Assembly: GCF_001194135.2 (NCBI RefSeq)
Contig: NC_068994.1
Coordinates: 30,819,378-30,852,640, forward strand
Direction of reading: 5' to 3'
DNA: 33,263 bases
DNA from: Octopus bimaculoides
Lineage: Eukaryota
The notes beneath the pieces were generated by a model that worked only from the letters and a program-made list of their open reading frames with translations, did no database searches and was not told the origin of the DNA. Every line of letters begins with the position of its first letter. Within the stretch, counting starts at the first letter, position 1. Shown here in pieces: positions 1 to 9,360 of the stretch. The position numbers and the translations under genes are program-made.

Positions 1-420
1 AGTTTATCTTAAATTATAAGGAGTTGCGCCCATTCTTATATCGGAAGGTCGTCTCAGAATATAAGTAGGAGTTGAGCGCTCAAAAGCTGCACCTTCTAGT
101 ATCTCAGACAAAACATACCCTGTGGAAAGTGAAAGCCTTAAACCATTCTGTTTGTATGAGAGTGCAAAAGATTGTTAATGATGTTAAGATCCCTCCGGAA
201 CGCAATGTACCCTTCTTTTGTAAGCCAGATGGAGGGTATTTTTATTTTTTGCTTCCTATACGCAATACTTGGTACTCCGTGGTTGGTGGCTGTAGAGAGG
301 AAAGTTACTTCTTTCTTCTATGTCTCATATGAAGGTGTAGCGAATGCTATGTTTACCATATGGTTGTCTAGACTTAGCTGTCAATTGGCGTATTTTACCT
401 TGTTTCTGCATGTGGTCAAT
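1..420 (-). mobile_element. Highly degenerate LINE ORF2 3' region, possibly CR1/L2 clade
   Basis: Manual minus-strand translation gives QLSLDNHMVNIA...FLSTAT...PSIW and, across frameshifts, LSYKQ..KAF(H)FP and a terminal TPYNLR. This loosely resembles the post-RT region of CR1/L2 LINEs (LSYEERLKALHLP-type motif). Many stops and shifts. Confidence 0.3.
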
Positions 421-469
421 TGATCCAATTGTATAACAATTGATCCAATTGTTGGACTAACAAGACCAA

Positions 470-699
470 CTGTCCAGAAAAACTGGGCACCAGTATCAAT
501 GTGATGAAGACGTCTTATCTGTAGTTGATGACTATTTTGACCAACAGGATAGCTTCTTCACCAGTGCGATCCAGGCACTGCAACTACTGAGGGAAGTGTG
601 TGGACAGTAAGAGGAACTATATTAAAAAATGAACTTCATTTGGTCACATTCCATGAGAGTGTCTTGCTCAGCTTATGAACATTTCAGTCGACCTCCATA
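470..699 (+). mobile_element. Mariner (Tc1/mariner) transposase 3' end plus right TIR
   Basis: From 485: GHQYQCDEDVLSVVDDYFDQQDSFFTSAIQALQ, then after a frameshift KCVDSKRNYIKK*, a typical mariner C-terminus. Followed by TIR-like tatgaacatttcagtcgacctccata (674-699). Confidence 0.8.
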
Positions 700-734
700 A
701 TAATAAAAATTATTATTATAACTGCATTCGTTTT

Positions 735-2243
735 AATGTCAGCATTGAAAAAATCCACTTTTTTCGAAAAAAAAATTGGGCCTGGGTTTACACAACCTAT
801 GCAAACTTTGTTCCCGAGCCACTGATTACATGTTTGCTGCTGCGGCACATAGCAATGATAATGGCCCAGGCGCTTCTTACAATATTGCTCTCCTTATTGC
901 CAATGGAGAGAAATATACCAAAAATTGCTGTTTGCCCGCACTATGGAAACTGATACTAAAGAACACTGTATCTCGCACTGTGGAGGAATTTTCGAAGCAG
1001 AAAGAAATACCAATGAAAATCATTTTTGCATGTGCAACAGACGGTGCTGCATCTATGGTTGGGTGGTACCGAGGTTTCATCACATTTCTCAAGCAAGCGG
1101 TCTCGAACATTATAGCCATTCGCTGCATCATCCATCGACAACATTTAGTTGCGAAAAACATCACTCCATGTCTAAACGCTTCTCTGACCACCGTGATTGT
1201 GGCTATAAACAAAATCAAAGCTCATCCGTTGAATTCGCGACTTTTCAAACAGTTGTGTTTTGAAAACGACGAAGAATTTGAGAGACACCTACTGCACACA
1301 TAAGTGCGAAGGCTTTATAAAGGAAACTGCCTTGCTCGCCTTTTCTCACTCTTTACCTGTATCATTAATTTCTTAGTCAGTGGATTTGTCGCTAGCAGAA
1401 CAACTAGCAGCCATCAAGTCTCGTGTTGCCTATTTGGCTGACATTCTTGTAAAGTTCAATAACCTGAACCTCCAACTGCAAGGTGATGAAACCAACCTCA
1501 TAAAATCCAAGTCCGCCATCTCTGGTTTCATCGCAAAACTGCCCTTTCACCTGCAAAATATTAGACACAGAGACTTCTGTCAATTTCCAAGCCTCAGAGA
1601 ACTGGGAGAATGCCCATCTGATGATACGCTTCTCCTTTCACAGAGCATCTCAAGAGCATTGAAGCTGACATGAAACTGCGTTTTCAGGATTTGTCAAATC
1701 TATTGACTTGCGAAATGATTTTGAATTGAAAACTTTTTTAAACGGCATGCTTAGCAAGAATTTTGGCTGCAGTCCACTATTCCAGAAAAATTTCCTGCAT
1801 GGTGGGAAAAGGCAAAGTTGTTTTTTATTGCCTTCCCAACCTCGTATTTAGTTGAAAGGGGTTTCAGTGTGGTGTCTCAGATTCTCAACAAGTCGAGAAA
1901 CTACCTGGATATTGTGAAGAGAGGAGACCTGTGTCTTCGCCTTACCACAATAAAGCCCAATATTGAAGAACTCTTGACCAAGTACCAAATTCATCCTCCA
2001 CATTAATTTCATGTATGTCCACGCTTATTGAAAAATAAATAAATAAAATGCTATTCAGAACTACGTTTCTATCAGCTTTACTAAGATTAGATTATGAAAA
2101 ATGACAATTTTACTTCAAGTGCCTTCTTATCACAGTAAATACAGTATCGAACATATTTTTTAGCGTGGGAACGGGTGCAGAGACGATGATGGGGAAAAGT
2201 GTTGAAAAAGGGGCGATAGTTTGGACAAGTTTGGGAACCACTG
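735..2243 (+). mobile_element. hAT DNA transposon, Buster/Charlie (ZBED5/SCAND3-like) family; internally deleted, left end missing
   Basis: Motifs ASYNIALLIA, CATDGAASMVG, CIIHRQHLVAK, HT*VR (HTEVRW), AYLADI..KFNNLNLQLQG, FPTSYLVERGFS, RGDLCLRLT. Right TIR aagtttgggaaccactg (2227-2243; reverse complement CAGTGGTTCCCAAACTT), followed by gtttacat, which fits the Buster nnnTAnnn 8-bp target consensus. Confidence 0.9.
776..2006 (+). pseudogene. Disrupted Buster-type hAT transposase (track ORFs 776-1303, 925-1263, 1380-1673, 1818-2006)
   Basis: The ORF pieces are collinear with a Buster transposase. In-frame stop at 1301-1303, several frameshifts, and an abrupt jump from IANGEK to LFARTMETDT at about 915-925 (internal deletion). 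Confidence 0.88.
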
Positions 2244-2542
2244 GTTTACATGGAATACAAAATACAGAGTACGGAACGAAGAAACTAAGTAAGCAAAAGG
2301 AAGTATGTTAAAATCATATGTTGACAGCTGTCTCAGGAGTACCTTGACCTATGCCGTAACCACGTTCATACATGATAAAGATCCAAGATGTCGTAGGTGT
2401 GTGTAATAACATAAATTGCCATGGGTCCGCGAGGCAAAACCAGGTCACCTTCATCGGACGCAAATGATAGATGGCTGATACAAATAAAAGATAAAAGTTA
2501 AAAATACATGCTAAGTTGATTCTAGTGAGCGTTTGTATAACT

Positions 2543-2748
2543 TAGCTATATAGTAGGGAATGGCTTCTCGCGAAGCTTATCTGCCATTTGCAGAAATTAA
2601 CATACGCCAAATATTGACTGATTGGTTTAAAAATGGTTGTTCTTTTAGTCACGTGATAGAAAAGTTTAGATGTTATATGGATGTCCGAAAGAATGGAAGT
2701 AAGGACAGGGGAAAGAAACTTGTACATGTCATCCCTATTGTATAGCTA
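2543..2748. mobile_element. Possible short TIR element (Tc1/mariner-type MITE-like)
   Basis: tagctatatagtaggga (2543-2559) and tccctattgtatagcta (2732-2748) are reverse complements at 15/17 positions. Both arms are compatible with an ancestral TA|CAGTAGGGA terminus. Confidence 0.35.
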
Positions 2749-3023
2749 TTGTCGTTGTTATTGTTGGTCTATAATCCTAGAACTGCTTTCTTCGGACAAA
2801 TTTATAATCAACTAGCAGAAATACCCGGCGTTGCCCGGGTTAAAGAGAATAATGAAATCTAAAAACGCCGTCTAGACTATGCATCATCTTTATATATAGA
2901 GATGTATATACACACACGCACCCAAACACACGTATATATATATGTATATCAATATAAATATATGAAAGTCAATGAAGTTTCGTAAAAGAAGGTGATCATG
3001 TACATACTTTCTTGCTGTTGTGA

Positions 3024-3163
3024 TTATAACACCTCATTGTAAACTATGTTCCTTGTTTTCCCTTGTGGAGCATATACAAATAGGTTTTTTGTTGCTGCCC
3101 ACTCTTGAGCAGCCAACATACAGTTGTCCATGTGAGAAGCAGGGCTCTTCCAAGAGAAGACCA
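3024..3163 (-). pseudogene. Helitron RepHel Pif1-like helicase C-terminal fragment
   Basis: GLLLEEPCFSHGQLYVGCSRVGSNK, then a +1 frameshift in an A-run, then NLFVYAPQGKTRNIVYNEVL*. Includes the HGQLYV..SRV helicase motif VI typical of Helitrons. Confidence 0.9.
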
Positions 3164-3765
3164 GNNNNNNNNNNNNNNNNNNNNNNNNNNNNNNNNNNNN
3201 NNNNNNNNNNNNNNNNNNNNNNNNNNNNNNNNNNNNNNNNNNNNNNNNNNNNNNNNNNNNNNNNNNNNNNNNNNNNNNNNNNNNNNNNNNNNNNNNNNNN
3301 NNNNNNNNNNNNNNNNNNNNNNNNNNNNNNNNNNNNNNNNNNNNNNNNNNNNNNNNNNNNNNNNNNNNNNNNNNNNNNNNNNNNNNNNNNNNNNNNNNNN
3401 NNNNNNNNNNNNNNNNNNNNNNNNNNNNNNNNNNNNNNNNNNNNNNNNNNNNNNNNNNNNNNNNNNNNNNNNNNNNNNNNNNNNNNNNNNNNNNNNNNNN
3501 NNNNNNNNNNNNNNNNNNNNNNNNNNNNNNNNNNNNNNNNNNNNNNNNNNNNNNNNNNNNNNNNNNNNNNNNNNNNNNNNNNNNNNNNNNNNNNNNNNNN
3601 NNNNNNNNNNNNNNNNNNNNNNNNNNNNNNNNNNNNNNNNNNNNNNNNNNNNNNNNNNNNNNNNNNNNNNNNNNNNNNNNNNNNNNNNNNNNNNNNNNNN
3701 NNNNNNNNNNNNNNNNNNNNNNNNNNNNNNNNNNNNNNNNNNNNNNNNNNCTCTCTCTCTCTCTC

Positions 3766-3910
3766 TGAAAGTATCTGTCATTACAGTATCGAAATGGTGT
3801 ACATATACATGTATATGTATACATATACATATCTCTCTCTCTCTCTTTCTGTCTCTCTCTTTCTCTCTTTCTCTCTCTGTGAAAGTATCTGTCACTACAG
3901 TATCGAAATG
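3766..3910. repeat. 114-bp-period tandem unit inside the Helitron
   Basis: tgaaagtatctgtca(t/c)tacagtatcgaaatg at 3766-3796 and 3880-3910, separated by TA/CT microsatellite. It abuts the gap, so more units may be hidden. Confidence 0.85.
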
Positions 3911-4429
3911 TGATTGTTTCAGTTAGTGGAACAGTTTCATTTTTAAAGTGAAAGTATTTGACATGAGTGTTTTTGTTTCACTTTTGACACTTAATACTTA
4001 AATAGACAGACAGACAGACAGACAGACACACATTCTCATTTTTATATATATAGATGGTATTCTAAATATGACCATACAACTTTGTCTTGTATGTACGACA
4101 ACATTGTTCAAAGTGTTCTTGTAAGTTGAGATTTGGTAGTATTTGGCTGCTGTTTGTAGAAGACCAAGCGGCTGTATAGAGGATCATTGGTTTCCTTTTG
4201 TTGGTAATGTTGTGTGGCACCAGGTCAGTCCTGACCGAACAGACCTATGATTAAAGGTATTTCAGACGTGTCCATTCCGCATTATGAAGAACAGGCCTTG
4301 GACTAGACTTTCCCAATGTCATTTTTATCTCCTTCTTTAAGGTGGCAGAATATTTAAGGAACATTTGACTACTACCTCCAGCAGGTCAAGCGATTTCATA
4401 GTCGACGTGACCAGTTGTATTTTGGTAAC

Positions 4430-4570
4430 TAGGATGAGTATCAGCAGGTGGTGGATGATGTCAGCGGGTGGATGATGTCAGCAGGTGGATGATGATGATA
4501 GTAACTAGGATGGGAGTCAGCGGGTGGATGATGATGTAACGATAACTGGAATGAGTGTCAGCGGGTGGTT
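4430..4570. repeat. Degenerate minisatellite, core gtcagc(a/g)ggtggatgat
   Basis: About five copies of tcagc(a/g)ggtgg, mostly followed by atgatg, interleaved with gtaactaggatg-like spacers. Confidence 0.6.
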
Positions 4571-5336
4571 AAAGATTAGAGTTAAGATAACTTGTATATT
4601 TTGACTAGCAGATAGGTGGCAATCTTGACATATAAACTTAATGTTCTCTATTTTCTGTTTAAAAAAAACCTGAGCCCCCCCCCCACCATACGCACCCATA
4701 TTGCTTCTCTACATCATCCGTTTTCCGTTACTTTCATAAGCTGAACGACAGCAAAAATACGTCCGGATCAGTAAAATATAATTTTTTACACCAAAACCTC
4801 TTATGGCTATAACATACAATAAAATTTATTCATATGTGAAACATTTTAGCAATATAGAATTCTCTCTCTCTCTTTCTTTCTCTTTCACTCTTGTGTGTGT
4901 CTGTGTGTGAGTCTGTGCATGTGTGTGTATTTGTTTTGTGTGTATGTTGTGGGGAAGGCATGTGTGTGTGAGTAAAACTCTGTGAAAACATATATCAATA
5001 TTTTTATAGTGAAATATTTGTTATGTGAAAGCATATTTCTGTACATTTGCTTTCAGATGTGAAGATATACAACAGAAATATTTACCTCCAGTCTTAAAAC
5101 AATAAAAGTAAAATGTAGCACAAGAGGACGACGAAGGACCATAAGAAAAACCGGTAAAAACACACAAAGGACGTGGATACGCTTACATCTCATCAGTTAT
5201 TGACAAAAAAACCATCACAATTTCGATGCTTTAAGAACTAAAGCTTGTTTTATTCAAACATACAAAGACACCACACACATGTATGTATGTATGTATGTAT
5301 GTATGCATGTATGTATGTATGTATGTATGTATGTAT

Positions 5337-5541
5337 GGGAGAATTTACGAAAAAAATAACAGACGAAGACAGGTAGTGTAAACAACAAATGGATGTATTA
5401 GTATAACGCTCGGGAATAGAGAAAGTCTTTAACGTTTCGAGCCTACGCTCTCCAGCTGAAAGGAACACAGAAAGAAACAAGGAGAGAAAAAATATAGATG
5501 TAGTGGTCAGCGATCTATCATGGCAAATGCCGGACAGAAGG
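5337..5541 (-). mobile_element. Short (~200 bp) non-autonomous element with a hammerhead-ribozyme-shaped motif; PLE-terminus-like, copy 1
   Basis: Its reverse complement aligns end to end with 25352-25541: shared 5' ccttctgtccggcatt and 3' aattctccc followed by a microsatellite tail. Contains cttt-cagctgg-a-GAGCgtagGCTC-GAAA-CGTT-aaag (5427-5462, minus). Confidence 0.7.
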
Positions 5542-5589
5542 ATCACACAGGAGAGCTAAGAAAAGTATGTATGTATGCATGTATGTATG

Positions 5590-6090
5590 TGTCAGATCAC
5601 TTGTGAGATCTCTCTGGTAATATGGAATCCAGTACAACCTGTTGCATAGTCGGGTCGTCACCGACTAAACTGGCACTCCCATCATGCTTGCATGGTAAGG
5701 AGGGTTGCGAGAAACCCAGCAGGACTGGAAACAAGACCTGCCTAAAGGACGGATAAATCTAGTGTAGTTTCAACGACTACCTAGCAACAGCACAGGCCCT
5801 CAGAAATTCCGGGTTGGGGTCTGGCGTGCTTGAAGACCACTGGGAGTGAGGTACCCCTCAGCTTTTGTTTTTAGGAGAAGGTCATTCTGATATAAAACCA
5901 GCTATGCAGAGAATGGCAATGAACATTTTGGGGAATCTTTGGCTCGCACTTGAGATTATGGCGCTCCCACATTCCCGAACTTACTACTCATTGGCACTGG
6001 ATATCTTGCCCTGGACTGTCTCTGGATCATCTCAGCAGGTTGGAGACCTAAAATTTTAGGTTGGGCAATCATCGGCTAGGTAACTTTCCG
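5590..6090 (+). mobile_element. Unclassified GC-richer interspersed repeat, possibly a LINE (RTE-like) 5' UTR
   Basis: Non-coding, hairpin-rich and higher in GC than its flanks. Resembles retroelement 5' UTRs by recollection only; no protein motif found. Confidence 0.3.
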
Positions 6091-6135
6091 ATGCCCGGTC
6101 GAGTAGGTGTATGTATGCCTGCGTGTCTGTGTGCA

Positions 6136-6166
<31 letters not shown>

Positions 6167-7201
6167 TTGCCTGCGTGTGAACGTGTATGTGAGAGAGAGA
6201 GAGAGTGAGTATGCGCGCGCGTTTGTGTGTGTGTAAGACAGAAGCCGATGCAGTTAACTCGGAGTGTGACGTGTATGCATATAGTATCTATTGCCTCTTC
6301 TTGTCTTCCATTTATGTATAACGTATTCCCTTCTGGCTTATACTTTCTGGCATGTTATTTATATACCACTTAGCTGCTTTATTTCACGGTTGAACTATAA
6401 ATATTCGACGTTTATAGAGATATCTTTATATCAACTTATATAAACCATATACCATCCAACTAGAACATATTGAAATGAACTATAAGGTATTATTATCTTT
6501 TAGGAACAAAAGTGAGGTGTGTGTGTGTGTGTGTGTGTGTAGGTGTTTGTGTGTATGTATATATACGTGTGCATATATGTGTGTATGTGTGCATATATGT
6601 GTGTATGTGTGCGTGTGCATACACGTATACACATGAATTTATGTACATAAACATATATATGTATATATAAATATGTATATAATATACACTCATTAATATA
6701 TATATATAATGAATATACATTAGTGCGTGTGTGTGTGTATTCTATGTACATATTTTATTTATATATTCTTATACATACTTATATATGTGCACGCACATAG
6801 ACATGCGTATATCTATGTGTGCGCGTAGACACACACACATATGCATTTGCATACATGTATACATATACATACACACATATATACACATATACATATATGC
6901 CTATGATGTCATTATTTGATCATTTACTCATTATTGACAGTATTTGTTTTATTTACTTTTCTCTCGCCGGAAGATATATTAGTATTGATCTGTACCTTCC
7001 AAAATATAATATACCGATATCAATTGATCAGCATTTTCCAATATATTAAATACCAATATCTATAATGTCTATAAGTGTAATCATAATTAGAATCTCAGCA
7101 ATCAATATATTTATGCTAATGCTTTCCCGGTTTATTGGTACTGATTTTTTAACTTTTGGAACAAAACCATAAATTTGTTGAATCACGTATCGGATATTAC
7201 T

Positions 7202-7470
7202 TATTTCTTTATTGCCCACAAGGGACTAAACATAGAGGGACAAACAAGGACAGACAAAGGTATTAAGTCGACTAGATCGACCCCAGTGCATAACTGGTAC
7301 TTAATTTATCGACCCTGAAAGGATGAAAGGCAAAGTCGACCTCGGTGGCATTTGAACTCAGNNNNNNNNNNGCAAAGTCGACCTCGGTGGCATTTGAACT
7401 CAGAACGTAACGGCAGACGAAATACCGCTAAGCATTTCGCCCGGCATGCTAACGTTTCTGCCAGCTTGCC
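7202..7470 (-). mobile_element. tRNA-derived SINE (Octopus-type major family), full length with TSD
   Basis: The minus strand has A-box-like CTGGCAGAAACGTTAG and B-box-like GAGTTCAAATGCC, with body gaggtcgactttgcctttcatcctttc..gggtcgataaa. Flanks cgtatcggatattact (7186-7201) and cgtataggatattact (7470-7485) match at 15/16. Confidence 0.85.
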
Positions 7471-7499
7471 GTATAGGATATTACTGGTATTAAAGTTAC

Positions 7500-7595
7500 G
7501 CGACCGAGCGGTTAGGTTGTTCGGTTCACAATCACTTGGTATTAGGTTCGATTCCTGGGTCAGGCGACACATTGTGTCCTTGACCAGTTCAGAAC
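7500..7595 (+). mobile_element. tRNA-derived SINE head (second family), truncated
   Basis: ccgagcggttag (A-box-like) and ggttcgattcc (B-box), followed by ttgtgtccttga. Confidence 0.6.
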
Positions 7596-7849
7596 AACAA
7601 GTAGTTTGGTTGTGTCAATCCTGACTGAGAGATAAGGCTATACAGCTGAATTTTAGCACCAACGACTGCTGAAGCAGTCATCTCTCCCTTAGGGTGTCAA
7701 ATCCTCAATGTTCCTCTTGGTAAATAGAATGACTACATCTGCGTTCACTTTGCAACCTATTTTCCTCCATGTATCCTATTATTCATTTATCACTGATTCA
7801 TTTAACATGGTTATTTTTTTGGTAACCAAACATCCGTGATAAACGAGAA

Positions 7850-7980
7850 TAGATGTAGTTGTTTTATCAATCCGAAAGGTTGAAGGACAGGTGACCTCGG
7901 CGAAGTTTGAACTCAGTACGTAAAGAGCCATAACTAAATACAGTACGGCATTTTACCCAACGCTTTGCCGATTCTCCTAC
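7850..7980 (-). mobile_element. Degenerate copy of the major SINE family
   Basis: gacctcggcgaagtttgaactcagtacgtaaagagc aligns to gacctcggtggcatttgaactcagaacgtaacggc of the 7202-7470 copy. Confidence 0.65.
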
Positions 7981-8240
7981 TCCTCTAAAACCCAGAACTC
8001 GTGTACTGGATTAACAGAATCGATAGAGCGTTTGACAAACGCCTATGCCAACTTTGCCTTATATTATTGCAGAGTCGTTAAATTTAAGTGGCAACGAGAT
8101 ACTATGATCTGATATAAGTGACAGCTCACTTTTGCCGAATGTGTATCCATGAGCCTACATAAGAAACAATATATAGCAACAATCGCTATGAAAGCTATTT
8201 TATTACCGTCACGATATCGTGTAAAATATTTCTCCTTTCA

Positions 8241-8241
<1 letters not shown>

Positions 8242-8274
<33 letters not shown>

Positions 8275-8282
8275 TAATGATA

Positions 8283-8332
<50 letters not shown>

Positions 8333-8344
8333 AGTGGTGATGAT
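8242..8344. repeat. Compound (TAA)n-(TGA)n microsatellite
   Basis: Directly visible; it explains the poly-His/poly-Tyr ORF 8238-8465. Confidence 0.95.
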
Positions 8345-8619
8345 TTCTTTTATTTGTCACCAAGACGAAGGATGAGGGGGACAATACAAAGAGAGACATA
8401 AAGTGTGTGTTAGGGTTACATATAATGAAGTTGTAAAAAAAAATGTAAGTATACACGACATACAATAAAACAAAGAAGGGAAGTATACATAGTATACAAA
8501 TAATAATAACAGCAATAAGATCTGTGATTGTTGTGGAACAGTGTGTACAGATGGAAAGAAAAAATGTCTACTAAAATATTTCTGAAAACCAGTGGATAGA
8601 TTCCACTGAAATTAGATAA

Positions 8620-8761
8620 ATAACCTTCGAACAGATAGTCAGCAGCGCCGCCTGGCTGGAGCTTGGCTGCTCTGCATTGACAAGGGGCAACACCCTGAAA
8701 CTAGTCTGCAGATGCCAAACCAGCAAGGGGAAACTGCTGACCTCCCCTGTTCGAAGGTTAT
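8620..8761. repeat. 142-bp fold-back (MITE-like) with 15-bp perfect terminal inverted repeats
   Basis: ataaccttcgaacag (8620-8634) and ctgttcgaaggttat (8747-8761). Pairing continues inward: gtcagcag/ctgctgac, gctgg/ccagc, ttggc/gccaa, tctgca/tgcaga. Confidence 0.75.
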
Positions 8762-9084
8762 AAAGGACACAGGTTTCGTGTGTCACATAGCTAGCTAGAG
8801 GCGATGGCTTCTTGGAGCTAATTCACGGCAGCTTTCGTCCTAATTTTGGGACTGCCATGTTGGCTTGGCGATAACTATTAATTTCCAGTACCGCTGCCGT
8901 AGTCTCCTTTAGAGACTTAGAAATATTAATAACTCTATTTATAATATAATATAGGATAAATTCTCTATAAGAATTTATCAAGTAGTCAGCGTGAAAAAAC
9001 CTCATAATGAAAAAAATAATGAAAAAAATTTCATAATGAAAAAAATTCATCATTTTTTCATAAATATATATAAATCATTTATAT

Positions 9085-9310
9085 AAAGGGCATTAACTGT
9101 GTAGTAATGCCTCACGCTTCGAGGGACTAAATAAGTAAACAAACTACCAAAAAATATGCAACATATTTACTGAAAGCGGCTGGATATTGAGTCAGTGCTG
9201 AATAAAGCAGGGATCCAACTGGAAAGAAGCGGAAAAAGCCAACCCAGATTTGAGAACAATGGAGAAAAGTCGTCAACGGCATAAGCTCCGTAGGAAGTGA
9301 AGTGCTATAC
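9085..9310 (+). mobile_element. RTE-clade LINE 3' end remnant
   Basis: Across frameshifts: RALT..(P)RG..T*KR.DIESVLNKAG / NWKEAEK(A)TQI*EQWRKVVNGISSVGSEVL, resembling the RTE ORF C-terminus (TWRR.E..W.EAE..AQDR..WR..V). Confidence 0.55.
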
Positions 9311-9360
9311 TCAAAGGCACAACGTCCCGTTCAGTCTAGGAATCAAACCCACGCATCACT
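9295..9360 (-). mobile_element. SINE head fragment (same family as 7500-7595)
   Basis: The reverse complement gggtttgattcctagactgaacgggacgttgtgcctttgag has a B-box-like GTTTGATTCC followed by ttgtgcctttgag. Confidence 0.5.

Larger units (their letters stand above)
2812..4054 (-). mobile_element. Non-autonomous Helitron with both termini (length includes a 586-N gap)
   Basis: The minus strand starts TCTATATATATAAAAATGAGAATGTGTGTCTGTCTG (4054) and ends CCCGGGCAACGCCGGG hairpin, short spacer, then CTAG (2815-2812). It is inserted between host A and T with no TSD and carries a helicase C-terminal fragment. Confidence 0.9.

Noticed and set aside
786-793. gtttacac as the left TSD of the hAT (7/8 match to gtttacat)
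   Set aside because: It lies within transposase-like coding sequence and is not followed by a TIR.
2643-2656. Identical 14-mer ttttagtcacgtga (E-box/CLEAR-like) here and at 14831-14844
   Set aside because: Single 14-bp matches are expected by chance in an AT-rich 33-kb window, and the flanks do not align.
3020-3926. Long ORFs of 268-297 aa, and likewise those at 17121-18354, 19406-20249 and 21805-22394
   Set aside because: They are open only because they run through N-gaps.
4430-4570. CRISPR-like array
   Set aside because: Eukaryotic context, short degenerate units, no unique regular spacers and no cas genes; an ordinary minisatellite.
5041-5100. Splice-acceptor-like sites (AG at 5056, 27049 and 28780) as host exon starts
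   Set aside because: Downstream frames are short, lack strong donors and give no recognisable peptide. Such sites are common by chance.
7330-7403. 32-bp direct repeat on both sides of a 10-N gap
   Set aside because: Identical sequence flanking a minimal gap inside a SINE; a typical unmerged contig overlap.
7500-7595. tRNA genes at the A/B-box-like sequences
   Set aside because: No cloverleaf or acceptor stem; the boxes run into SINE body sequence.
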